A DNA stretch of 64,000 bases from the NCBI RefSeq assembly GCF_009834535.1, contig NC_045696.1:74526001-74590000 (forward strand), in the 5' to 3' direction. Shown here piece after piece: positions 49,380-61,025 of this stretch (position 1 is the first letter of the stretch; each line of letters begins with the position of its first letter). Both the position numbers and the translations under genes were made by a program. The notes beneath the pieces were generated by a model, which worked only from the letters and a program-made list of their open reading frames with translations, was not told where the DNA came from and ran no database searches. This DNA is from Camelus ferus. Taxonomy: Eukaryota.

Positions 49380-50865
49380 ACATCCTCCCTCCTTTGTTTG
49401 ACCATCTTATTTCTCACAATTAAAAGGAAAAACTTCTCTAAATCCCATCCCACTTCCCCAGTCAGCCATCACCCCACTGCTTTACTTTCCTTGGTAGCAA
49501 ATCTCCCCCAAGGGTTGTCTACACTCATCTTCTGCAATTCCTCTCCTCCCAAACTGTTCTCATGGAGATCACCCAAGAGCCCAAGCCGATCAATCTCACG
49601 GTGAACTCATCTTACTTAACCTACCGCAGTTATCTGGCAGGTGATCACTCTCACCTCCTCAAGACGCCTTCTCCACTTGGGTTCCACTTCCAGGTGCCAT
49701 CGTCTTGGTTTCCATGCATATTGGTGGTCTCTCTTCACGTCTCCTTTGTGGCTCATCTTCTCCCTGACTTCTTATGTTGAAAGGCTCAGTCCCTGGACCT
49801 CTTATATTTCCTGTCTCCCTCCATTGATGATCTCACCCAGTCGCATGGCTTTAAATACCATCTAAATACCAACCACTCCCATTACCGACAGTCAGGACTT
49901 CTCTCTCAAAGTCCAGAGCTGCATATCCAGCTTCCTACTCAACATCGACCACAGAGGTCTAACAGACATTTCAAACCCAATGTATCCCAAACTGGCCATC
50001 CTTCCCCACCACCACCTCCAACCCCACCGCACCCTAACCACCTTAGCTGATTGCAACTACATTCTTCAGTTGCACAGAACAAAAACTTGGGGGCAGCCTT
50101 AGCTACGCTTATCCCCTCACATCCCACATCCTATCCAGCAGGAAATTCTATTGGCTTTACCTTCAAATGTGTCCAGAATCTGGCCATCCATACCACCTCC
50201 ACTGCTACCCCATCCATCTGAGCCATGATCCTCTCCCCTCACTTGCCACAGTAGCTCCTACTTCCTCCCTGGCCCTCCTATCATCTACTCTAAACAAAGA
50301 ATTATCTTCTTGGAACTTAGATCAGGTCACTGCTCTGCTCAAGACCCTGTAATGGCCCCCCTTGCACTCTAGAGTCAAGCCCTTCCAACACCTCCCAGGC
50401 TCAGGTGATCTGGCCCCTTCCACTCTCCTCTCCCACTAACTCCCTTCCTTCCAACCACACTGGTCCCCTTGCTGCTTCTCTGACAGATCAGAAATGTCCC
50501 CACCCCGGAGTCAGTGCTCCAGTTAGTCCCTCTGCCAAGCACGTCCTTCCCCCAAACATCCATTCGAATGACTCCTTCACCTCCTCCAATCCTTCATTCA
50601 AATCTCACCTCCAGACGATGCCTTCCCTGAGTATCCAATTTAGTCCTTCAGTCTGCACCTCCACCCCTGCTCTTCGTTTTCTTTTTTCCATAGGACTCAA
50701 TCTCTTCTAACGTACTTGCTTATTTCTTATGTTTAGTATCTGTCTGTCCCTGGTAGAAAATTGACTCGGCAAGGGCAGAGACCTAGTCTACTTTGTTTAC
50801 TGACACAGCTAAGAAAAACAATGCCCAGCACATGGTAGACCGTTAGTATTTACTGAATGATGAAC
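49380..50865 (+). mobile_element. L2 LINE 3' portion
   Basis: catggctttaaataccatcta...ctttaccttcaaatgtgtccagaatc...cccagcacatggtag...tactgaatgatgaa. Confidence 0.85.
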
Positions 50866-51645
50866 CATGCTATACAGAATAACAACATAAATTGGCTTAA
50901 TGGAATTATTTCCTGAAAAAAAAAAAAAGTCATCAATGCTGGTATAATTCTGATTGTTTTAAAGGAATTTTTTAGACTCAATGGGTCAAAAACTCCTTAG
51001 AGTAACCCAAAATGCTATATGGGTTAACATGACATAAAATAGCACAGTAAAAGTATCCTGTGATACTCGAACTCAAGTATTATGCCCACTGAACAGATGG
51101 GATGACTGAGTCTTAGGATATTAAGTGCTTTGCACAGTCACACAGCTACCCTGTGTTGACAACAGGATTTGGCCGTGTCTCTATGCTTCTTCCCATTATC
51201 CCACCCTGCCTCCTGACCTCACTGAAAGACTTTTCCGAGTAGATTTTTAAGTAATTGGCTACATGAGGATAACTCACCATTTTCCTATTAAACTTCCCCA
51301 CTGTGACTGAAGTTTGTCCCTGACGACATTTGAAAAGCAGGACCATAAGTTCAAACAGCACATACACACACTGGTACACTCTCCCACTGGACACAGTGGG
51401 ACGGATCAAGGGGATGTAAACAGCAACTGGCTTGCAAACATGGTCCTAAAACTTCACAGTTCTCTGGATTGTAAATGACCCCTCACTCTCCCAATCATTC
51501 CCTTTTCCTCTCACCCCCTCACCAAAACATACGGCGTAACACTGGTGTCAGTCATTTCACTTGGATTTTTAGAAGCAGAGGTTCATTCTTTTAAAAATTT
51601 TAAGCACTGAATAAACATATTTTAAGTAGTAACTAGCGTCTCCTA

Positions 51646-52069
51646 TATGGTAGGCAAAATAATGTCCCCCCCCATCTGTGACTGTGTTACCTTACATGGG
51701 AAAAGGAACACTGCAGCTGTAGTTAAGGATCCTGAGATGGGAAGATTCCTCTGGAATATCTGGGCAAACCCAATGTAATCATAAGGGTCTCTGTAAGAAA
51801 GGCAGGAGAACCAGTGACAGAGATATAACAACGTAAGTAGATGCTGGAGGAAAGCCAATGCTGTCAGGAGGGTGTGAGCCAGGGAACAAGAACAGCTTCC
51901 AAAAGCTGGAAGACACAACGAATGGGTTCTCTCCTCCAGCTTCCCTGCCAACACCTTGATTTTAGCCTTGTGAGACCCATTTCCAGACTTTCTGACCTAA
52001 GAAATGTGTTGTTTTAAGCCACTAAGTTTGTGGTAATCTGTTACAGCAGCAACAGGAAACTCATATACA
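51646..52069 (+). mobile_element. MaLR solo LTR (MLT1D-like)
   Basis: tatggtaggcaaaataatg...ttttaagccactaagtttgtggtaatctgttacagcagcaacaggaaactcatataca, with 5-bp flanks tccta/gccta. Confidence 0.85.
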
Positions 52070-52497
52070 GCCTAGAAACACGGCTTCATAAAACTGCTGA
52101 AATCCCTCAATGCAACTAGTGTTGATTCTGCCTATACCTGTGTCAAGGAAGCCACCAGCAAACTGAGAGCCGGAAACCCACAGAAAGGTTTCAACTGATT
52201 CCAATGTGCAACTTGAAACCCAGTAGAGAAGTTCTGAAAGACAGCAGACACCCCCGCCCGGGCCCCTCCCTCCCTCCCGGGATAACGTCTTGCCACTGCG
52301 GATGTTCCACCACTGATGGGGACCAGGCAGCCTCAGGGCCCACACAAAGAAACCCTAGAAAGAAATAAAATTAGGCACTGTCCCAAGTTACCTGTTCCAC
52401 TGATGGATAAGAACCTGTAAAAGGCAGAATCTGTTTACTTGGCATCTTGCGAAAGAAACAAAAAGCCATGAAGGGACCTCAGATTGTGAGAATAGCT

Positions 52498-52503
52498 TTT
52501 AAT
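52498..52503 (-). terminator. Candidate distal USP13 poly(A) signal ATTAAA
   Basis: TTTAAT on the plus strand. The downstream minus-strand sequence reads ggctttttgtttctttc. Confidence 0.45.
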
Positions 52504-53121
52504 TTTAAAACAACTGAAGCAATAAATCATCCATCTCTCTTTCTATCACAGGCAAATACTCTCCCAAAACATTTGAGATATTTTAAACAACTGTGACTAG
52601 TGCGAAATAAAACAGACACACTCTTTCAGGAGCCAGTGTCAAACCCTGCTGGGCAGACAGGCGCTGCCCACAGGCTGAGCCCTCTGCTGAGGCCGGGAGG
52701 AGCGGCAAGATTTGCACAGGATTTTAACATGCCCAGCTCTGAACAGATGAAACAATACCTGTGGAGGGGAAACCACAAGAGAATGTTGCCCAAAGTGAAA
52801 TAAGTCCGCCCAGCATCCTCATGTGGCTGACATCCCTGGCACCTACAAGATGCTTAGAAAATAAATGCAAAGCTGGCAGCTTCTAGGCAAAGCTGAAGGA
52901 ACGGGGTTTGGACTCATTTGCTTTTTTAATAGGGGTCTTACATATATTGGTTTTTATGTAAAAAAAACTTCTGCTTTCTGGAAGGCATTTGTTCTGTGCC
53001 TCACAGTGCTCCCAACTCCAGCAAAAACATTTGTGTTGCCTCTGTCTGCCTGGATGCTTCAGAGAATTACCTTCCACTCCTATGGCATCTCACTGCCTCC
53101 CCGACCCGACTTGGTCTAGAG

Positions 53122-53421
53122 AAGCACTGTCCAGCAGACGTACAATGCAAGTCACGTGTCCAATTTCAAAATTTCTTGGTAGCCACATTTGGAAAAAAGA
53201 TAAAATTTTAATAATACCTTATTTAATATATCTAAAGTATTGTCATTTTAGCACATAAAATCAATAGAAAATATTGATGCACTATTTTACATTCCCTTTT
53301 TGTTACCATGCCTTCAAAGTCTGGTGTGTATTTCCTGTGTACAGCACCTCAGTTTGGACAAGACACATTTCCAGAGGTCATTAGCCACACGTGACCACGG
53401 ATGACTTACTGAACAGTGCAG
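53122..53421. mobile_element. MER33-like hAT MITE
   Basis: gcactgtccagcagac...ctgaacagtgcag ends and 8-bp TSD gtctagag/atctagag, the typical NTCTAGAN hAT target. Confidence 0.8.
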
Positions 53422-56400
53422 ATCTAGAGACTCGTAACACACACTCTTCCAGGATGACTTACTGAGTAGGGAACCTCCATGGCACTGCGTGGGCGATCTC
53501 ACACACCAGCGTCAGGGTACAGAACCTAGGACTTCTGACCTTAGGTAAAGATAGAACCACGTTTTATCTAATCCTATCCCCCAGTCCTGCCCCTGGCCAT
53601 TTCCCTGCAGATGGTGTGATTTAGCAACAGTGATGCCTACGAGGTGAAAAGGCATCCTTTCTGTGGCAGAAAATCTTATTTAAGGATCACAGCTATAACT
53701 GAGTTAGAGTAAGAAAATATTCCATTAAGGTCACAAAGTCAGCAGAAGGTAGCTCTCAGATTTTTTAGGGCAGGAGGTGTTTTTAAACAGATTTCTCATT
53801 TTCAAGGAGGACAGTAACAAAACACCTTACCAACTGGGAAGTGGAGTTTCCAGCGTTGGAGGTTGGGGGGGCAGTGGGTGTTGGAGGAGGGAGATGGGAT
53901 AATTACCAAAGAAATTACTCAAGAAAGTGGGAATGAGCAGTTGGGGTGGGGACACTAAAAATGAGGCAGGTTCTAAAGTGGGGTGCGTGAGCTGTAACAA
54001 ACCAAAAGCCTAACGTCTAGCCTCTGTGTGATCCCTCGCATCTCACATGCCTGACCCCAGCTGTAACCATAGGAAAATAAAAATAGAATTGGATGTGACG
54101 GCAGAAAGGGACTTGTGAGCTTACTGGTCTAACCCACTCACTTTAAAGGAAAAGGCTGAGAGAAGTACTGTGACCCAGTCCCATCACACTCAGAAGCGGA
54201 GCCGGGCTACAAGCCCAGGTGCTCTCACTGTGAATTGCAGGTGAGGCTCCATCCAGTTCAGGCAGAGGGAGTAAATGATGTTGGGGGTAAGAGGCTCGGG
54301 CCACTCCCTCCGGCCCACGGTGAGCCCAGGGAGCGCCAGGCACATTCTCTTGTGGGTGGGAGAAAACGACACGTCAGTTCAAAGCATTAAAGCAGTGCTG
54401 ACGTGAAGCCGCATTCAAACATGACTCGTCCCTTCTGCATACTTCTTCTCCCCTCAAAAAAAAAATCCCAAGCTGAGCCAAACTGGATTTCTGATTAGTT
54501 ATATGGGCATTTAGATCAACTGACAAAATAAAAATCTGATAGCTGTATTCTCCAAAGACATATTCATCAGGATTTTACACAAATGGGTATCAAAAGATAT
54601 TTACAGGAAGAAGGTGCTCTCCTTCACACGTACAGCCACACACAGTGAGAATTTCACAATTACACCAGCACGCCTCACACAGAAGAGTCCTAACAGGCTG
54701 ATGATCAGTTGACAAAATACACACACTATTCCAGTTTCAGTCATCATCTCATCTACATACATGTGGAAAATTAGCAGTATATTCCAGACTCTGATTCCAG
54801 GGAAACTTGCCTTGAAATATATTAAGATATACATGTAAATGCATTGGTAAGCATAAAAGAAAACCAATATTTGCTCCAGTTTTTCCCAACTCTCAATCGG
54901 AAATAAAGAATAGCACACATATAAAACTTTGCCTTATAGAAATAGCCCTTTGTTTTGTGACGCAGAAAAAAAAAAAGGCAGCCATGTTACATTTTCTTAC
55001 AATATGGTTAGGTATCAAAAGGGCTAAATTTCTTTTCCTACTGAATGAATTAATGTGTAGCCTATAATCTTATATACCAACTTTGCACCATTTGTTTTTC
55101 AAAGTTTGATTATAAATTTTTTTGTTGTTCAAAATACACATGCCATTTTCTCCACATTTCAATCCAAATTCCCAACCACCCTCCCACCCCCCAAAAAAGG
55201 CCTTCACTTCGTACCAGCAGTGAAAAGACGTCATTTTGGATGTGTGTTTGGAGTCATTATTCTATGAGACTCGGCCATGAGGAGACTGGATTTTGTAAGG
55301 CTCCTTAGTGTGGGGGTTTCTGCAGGAGACAGGGACCCGTGTCCCAGACTGGGACTGCTCTAGGATGTCCGAGACCATGTTCGAAGGTGACACCAGGGGG
55401 CAGAGTTTAGTAGAGGATTTTCACACCATGAGCTCCCTCCTGCCAATCTCATTTGTTCTCAAACTGAAGAAAACATCAGATCAGACAAGAGAGGACACTG
55501 ACTCTACCAGGACCTGCCTGCGCACGACACTTGTCACACCGGCTCTCGCCAGATCCTCCAAGCACAGCTGGAAGGAGAGGGCAGGTGTCACCACACCATT
55601 GTGCAGACGAGTGAGGCACAGGGAGGCTGAGGGACTCGCCCAGCTCAGCAGCACCCAGGTCCCCGGGCCACAGGCCTCAGGCTCCCCATCCCTCGCACAC
55701 AAAGTATCACTGATCTCCTGTGAGCAGGGCCCCAATCAAAACCAGAATCCTGACTGTTCATAACTCACAAGTCATCGTCCCATTTCTGTATTTCACAGAA
55801 CTGTGAAATTCTGTGCTGTATTTCACCCAACTGATTCTGCTTTATTTTCCTACAGTTTCCAGAAAGATCCTTTCTACCAATCAAATGCATGTTAAGCAGA
55901 CAGCAATAAATCCAGCTTTATTTGACTGAAGAATCTGAAATAGAAACTCCAGAGGCCCTGGCATTTGGTACAGCGCAGTAGGAAAATTTTAGAGCACTAG
56001 CCTTCTACTTTTTTCATCACATTTGAAACTCTGATCCAATTCCAGATTGCAACTAAAATACTAAAATACCAAAAATGGAAACGATGGTCTTTCATAATGT
56101 CATGTAAAGTTTCTTTGCAACTGAAACCCTTAAACTGCCCAAGATCACACTGTTGGTCACAGCAGATAAGCAGTGAGGCAAGTCAGGAGGTGACAAGCCA
56201 AGAAAGGGCAGAGAGGAGACTCTGGCCCCAGAAAAAGTAGAAACGGAGGCAAGCAGATTGCTGGGGGATGAGAAAACGACAGACAAATCTGGCGCAGTTA
56301 GCATGATTCCAGGGAGCTGTCACGTGTTATGGCAGGAAGAAATCAGCTATCCTAACTAACAATACACACCACAACGCCTTAGGGGAAGGGCTGCTGACAG

Positions 56401-57291
56401 ACAGAATCCATCTACCTTTGGCAAAGAACAATATGTGCTGCTGTGGGCATCTGTGTTGATACCAGTGGCACAAACCCACAGGGATTCTTGACAGCACGGA
56501 AAGGGGCCACAGCCCTTTTTACGCCTGAACATCTAAGTGGGGGAGCTAATTTTTTAAACTGTTCCTGAGTTATAGTTTCTTTAAAATATTTACTTGCTTT
56601 CTCCAGCTATGCTTAATACCACCTATTTTAACCTTTAAAAACCAACCCGTCACAGGTTTTCTAGTTGCCTAGAAAGGTCTCACACTCTGGGTCTCATTCT
56701 CACACACATTCACACAATCAGATTATGAATTTTGATATGATTTAAATTAAACATCTCTCGTTGTGGATGTTCTAATCTACTGTACATGGAGAGGTCAGAA
56801 ACTATTGTGCATCATGAAAAAAATTATGTCACAAGTAAAGCCCAGCCTGGTTACTGATGTTCGATATGAAACAAAAGTGGGCTTTTTGTTTATTGTGGGT
56901 GAGGCGACAGGACTGGCCCCACGACCTGGGTTCTCTGGCGGCCGCGGCCGCTGACCCCCAAACTACAACAGAGGGCTGGTGGCACAGTCCTGTTTTGATG
57001 TGCCAGTGACAGATCCCCCACCAGCAATATGAACACTTCTCTTTTTAAATCATTCTCTTCTTAAACATTTATAAAAAGAAAAACTATCTACAGTAGTGTA
57101 TCATCACTGATAGAAATTTCCTCCCAGTTCTATTTCAGAAGGCATCAAATGATGTTCTTTAAATAAACTATAAATACCCCATGTATTCCTTCATGTCTGG
57201 CTGTCCCAACTTCTTTTTTTTCTTTTTTTTTTTTTTTTTTTGGCAAATTAAAAAGGCATATGGCTTCTTCTCGCCAGTCTGCACGTGAGGT

Positions 57292-57385
57292 TTAGCTCGG
57301 TACCCTGCGGTAAAAGTACAGGTAGCCCAGGTCTTTAGGGGGCCTTTCGGAGGCACAGACTTTGTGGTCGTTGTAGATCACCCAT
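57292..57385 (-). CDS. USP13: USP13 (ubiquitin-specific peptidase 13) last coding exon ([31 protein letters not shown])
   Basis: Minus-strand tttgttttcag acceptor and TAA stop at 57292-57294. Shows the USP C-terminal WxxYND...YxxFY motif. Confidence 0.95.
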
Positions 57386-58552
57386 CTGAAAACAAAGACA
57401 GAAGCATTTGATGGGTTTAAGTCAGTTCCAGGAAATACTGCAGAAGAAAGTTACTGCACCAAACCTAAAACAATCAAGATGTTCTCGATAAACCAAACTC
57501 AAGTCCGCTGTATGAAGGGAAGCAGAACGCTAGCAGGGAAGGACAACTGCTTTTTTATCCTCACATTTGATCAAAAAGTAGTTCCCAAGGGAGCCTCCAA
57601 ACATTTCAAACCCTTTGTTCTCCTAATTTCATTTGTAGAAACCAGAGATGGCCTCAGAAACTGAGTCAAAGAAGTATGTGTTCATTTCAGCCTTAGGTGT
57701 AAAACTAGCTAAAAATCAAAAGTAAGTAGACATGCAGTGAACTGTCCAACTATTAAAATACCTTCAAAGAATACTTGGTAAAGTGAGAAAATAATCACAA
57801 TATGAAGTGGGGAAAAGCAGGTTACAAAGTTATACACACTGTGTGTGGACTTTAAGCTTTACAAAAGTTGTAAATACATACACACGTTTCCATGTAGGAC
57901 GTGTGTATACAGACATGCACACCCTCTCCCGATGAAAACAATAAAACAAAGAGAACTGTATCGAAATACAGACAATGGTTATCTCTAGGCTTCCAGACCC
58001 CATATTCTCTGTATGTTTTTGTATTTTACAAATTCCTTATAATGAATTTCACTGCTTTTTAAATTATAATTAAGCTATTTTTCTTAAGAAAAGTATTTTT
58101 CAAAGAGTCATCGTGATTGGTAATAAAAACAATTCACTCCAAACCAAGTTCCTGTGCTCAACTATTTTATGAATCAAGTTGAGAAGACAAAACTAAAAGA
58201 CACACCAGAAAGGAGAACAGTGGACCCCCGGGTGGGAACCAGTCACCCCTGCAGTGCGGGGCCCCGAGTGAGAGGTTAACGTCCTACCAGGAGGACCAAG
58301 GGAACACGCTCCTCCCGCGCCCACGCGGCCCAGGCACTGCCTCAGCAGGGATGCTGACCCACAGGCCAGGCTACTCAGGGGGAGCTCAAGGAAGGGAGAC
58401 CAGGGGGGCCTGTGTGGATCCAGCCCAGAGAGAAGGTTCAAGGTTCTGAAGAGAGCAGCGGCCTCACGCCCCACAACTGTCTCATTCCCGGCTCACCACA
58501 CACCCTACAATCCTTAAGAAGCCAAGGCTGCAAGAGGGCAAACACTGGGCGT

Positions 58553-58765
58553 TAGGGTTGCCAGATAGAACACTGGGTTAACTCACCCAGTCAAATGTGA
58601 GCATCACATAAGGAACAAACAACTTTTTTAATGCAAGTATGTCCCATGCGATAGTTGACACCTATTTATACTAACAAGTGATTCACTATCTGAAATTCAA
58701 ATGTAATGGGGCATCCTGGTTTTCTCGCTTTCCTTCATTTTGCTGGCCAAATCTGACAATCCCAC
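58553..58765. mobile_element. MER53 MITE, second copy (USP13 last intron)
   Basis: tagggttgccagata...aagtatgtcccatgc...ctgaaattcaaat...aaatctgacaatccc. Confidence 0.8.
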
Positions 58766-58829
58766 AGAGTCCAAATGTGGACATCCTGCTGCAGGGTGCG
58801 CCTTTACTTTGGGAAGCCGCCTTGCTATG

Positions 58830-59015
58830 ACGGTGGAGAGGGGCTCTGAACACCAGCTCAGACGCAGCTGCTACGGTCGAGCTACTCAGCCTCCCTGAGC
58901 CTCAGAGTCTTGATGTATAAAATGGCTTTAAGAGTCTACCCCTATTGTGAGAACCAAATGAGATAACATATGAAACACCTAGTGGAGTGGCTGGCACATA
59001 GCAGGTGCTCAAACA
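58830..59015 (+). mobile_element. MIR SINE
   Basis: ctccctgagcctcag...gtataaaatgg...ctggcacatagcaggtgctca. Confidence 0.75.
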
Positions 59016-59046
59016 GATCTCCTTTTACCTTCTCAAAAAGACTCAC

Positions 59047-59131
59047 CTTCCTTCCTTTTTGATGTGGCAAACATAATGGCCACTCATTGTAGATGTTCCC
59101 ATGTGACTGATGAACGCAAATAATTCGTACA
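59047..59131 (-). CDS. USP13: USP13 penultimate coding exon ([28 protein letters not shown]), catalytic His box
   Basis: Minus-strand ctttcacag acceptor and gtgagt donor (59041-59046), 85 nt, phase 1/2. Contains the GHY His-box motif. PEX5L-USP13 adjacency matches known synteny. Confidence 0.95.
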
Positions 59132-60364
59132 CTGTGAAAGAAGAAACAACTCAGTTACAAGGTGGCATTTCTAGAAATCAATAGCACTTCTGATCAGAAT
59201 TTAAAGCCAGTAAGAGTGTAATCCAGCAACTGTTCAGCTTGAAAGACACAGTCTGTTTACTTGCTATGCTGAGAACACCCACATACACACACATCCCAAG
59301 TGACACCAACTTCAACCTGCAAATTCATATCAAAAGCAGGACATAAACAATCAGAGCACAGCCGACAGTAAGTTCCTATCTGAAATGGGGTTAAAAATCC
59401 CACAGCCCAGTCTGGGGGCAAGCTCACAGGTCTAAAAGGGTGGTCCTGGCTCCATCACTTCCGAGCAGCATGCGGGTGGAGAAGTTGTCTCATCTCTGAG
59501 CCCATTTCTTCACAGAAATGAAAAATCCACCCACTTCACAAGGTTGTGTGAGGCTTAAATGAGCAGTTCAGACTAAAATACCACACAAATGTCAGGATTA
59601 GGAAGAAGACAGCAGATAGCTGGTACCGTTTCCAGGAAGGGATGATGCTCAGGATATGCGTCTTGTGATTTCTGACTTGCTCATGGTTATAAACTATATG
59701 GGACCAAACTTCAGGCTTCCTGCCTGAACAGATGTGTAGCCTTACTTAGAGCACGAGATGGATGTTTACTCCCTAACAAGTACCTCCCGCCATCGAGCAC
59801 AGGATGCTGTACAAATCCACAGTGGAGGAAATTCAGCTCATGCTCCCCTGGCCAGTCCTAGGCCTACACAACACCTACGCAACACACAGTGGGTCCCGAG
59901 GCTGGTACCAGCCCAGCTCCGCAAACTGCTGCAGACTGCGATGAGGCAGCACAGACACCGAGTGAGCACTGACAAGCTTTCTTAATAACTTAGAGTAGCA
60001 GTCATGCCTGTTGAATCTAATAGGGGAAAAATGGCCTTACATATTCATTTTTTTAGTACTCAATTTCTGTTGTATTTTACAAGTGTATTGGTTCTGGATA
60101 GACCCTTTCCCTGGCCCCTCTCTCTGCCATTCTCTCCCTCTTGCTGGTTGCCAGTACCCATCCAAATACTCAGCTGTGAATCCTCCCTCCTCATCTTACC
60201 CTTCAGCACTTTGCATACTGTGGACCACCTCCTCCTTCCTCAAGCATTTGCCCCCAGGACATGACTCTATGTTGGTTGCCCAGATGCCTCACTGGCTTCT
60301 ACTCTTCTCGCTGACCTTTAAATATTGGTGACCTGGGGCTCTGACCTCAGACCTTTCTTTCCTC

Positions 60365-60371
60365 TGTGCGC

Positions 60372-60461
<90 letters not shown>

Positions 60462-60470
60462 TCTCACTCA

Positions 60471-60503
<33 letters not shown>

Positions 60504-60510
60504 TCTCTCA

Positions 60511-60540
<30 letters not shown>
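60365..60540. repeat. Compound microsatellite (GCTT)9-(CA)~22-(CT)n
   Basis: Directly visible: GCTT 60372-60407, CA 60413-60456, CT-rich to ~60537. Confidence 0.97.
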
Positions 60541-60541
<1 letters not shown>

Positions 60542-60616
60542 CCCACCCCCCCACCTCATTTCCTCTCTCCCTCCCTCTCTGGGTGATCTCATCCAGTCTC
60601 ATGGCGTTCAATGCAA

Positions 60617-61025
60617 ACATTTTCCTAATTTCATTTCCAGAATGTTCACTGCTAATGTACAGAACTACAATTAAATTTTGTATATTGATCTTGTTTCCTA
60701 CAATCTTGCTGAACCCATTTATTAGTCCTGATAGTTTTTAAAGTCGATTCCTTAGGATTCTCTATATACAAGACTATGTCATTGGCTAAACAGAAATAGT
60801 TTTACCTCTTCCTGGCTTATCTGGCTGCCTGTTTCTTTTTCTTGTGTAACTGCCGTGGCTAGAGCCTCTTGCCCCACGTTAAACAGCAGTGGCAAGGGTG
60901 GACATCCTTGTCTTGTTCCTGCTCTTAGGGGAAGAGCATTCAGTCTTCCACCAGTAAGTACGAGGTGAGCTGTGGGGTCAGGCTGAGAAAATTCCCTTTC
61001 ATTCCCCGTTCGCTGAGCATCTTCT
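60617..61025 (-). mobile_element. Old L1 ORF2 (RT) fragment within an L2 region (~60200-61810, + strand)
   Basis: ggacatccttgtcttgttcctgctcttaggggaagagcattcagtctt, homologous to 14282-14335. Confidence 0.8.

Larger units (their letters stand above)
52480..57291 (-). other. USP13: USP13 3' UTR (distal end inferred)
   Basis: Follows the TAA stop. Minus-strand ATTAAA at 52498-52503 with a downstream U/GU-rich element (plus 52451-52465). Confidence 0.5.

Noticed and set aside
53399..53465. 14-bp direct repeat GGATGACTTACTGA
   Set aside because: Only two copies, at the edge of a MITE. This is a local duplication and not an array or CRISPR-like structure.
60289..60741. Low-complexity ORFs (HTHT/LSLS/CVCV)
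   Set aside because: These are microsatellite translation artefacts, as are 972..1259 and the repetitive start of 4925..5152.
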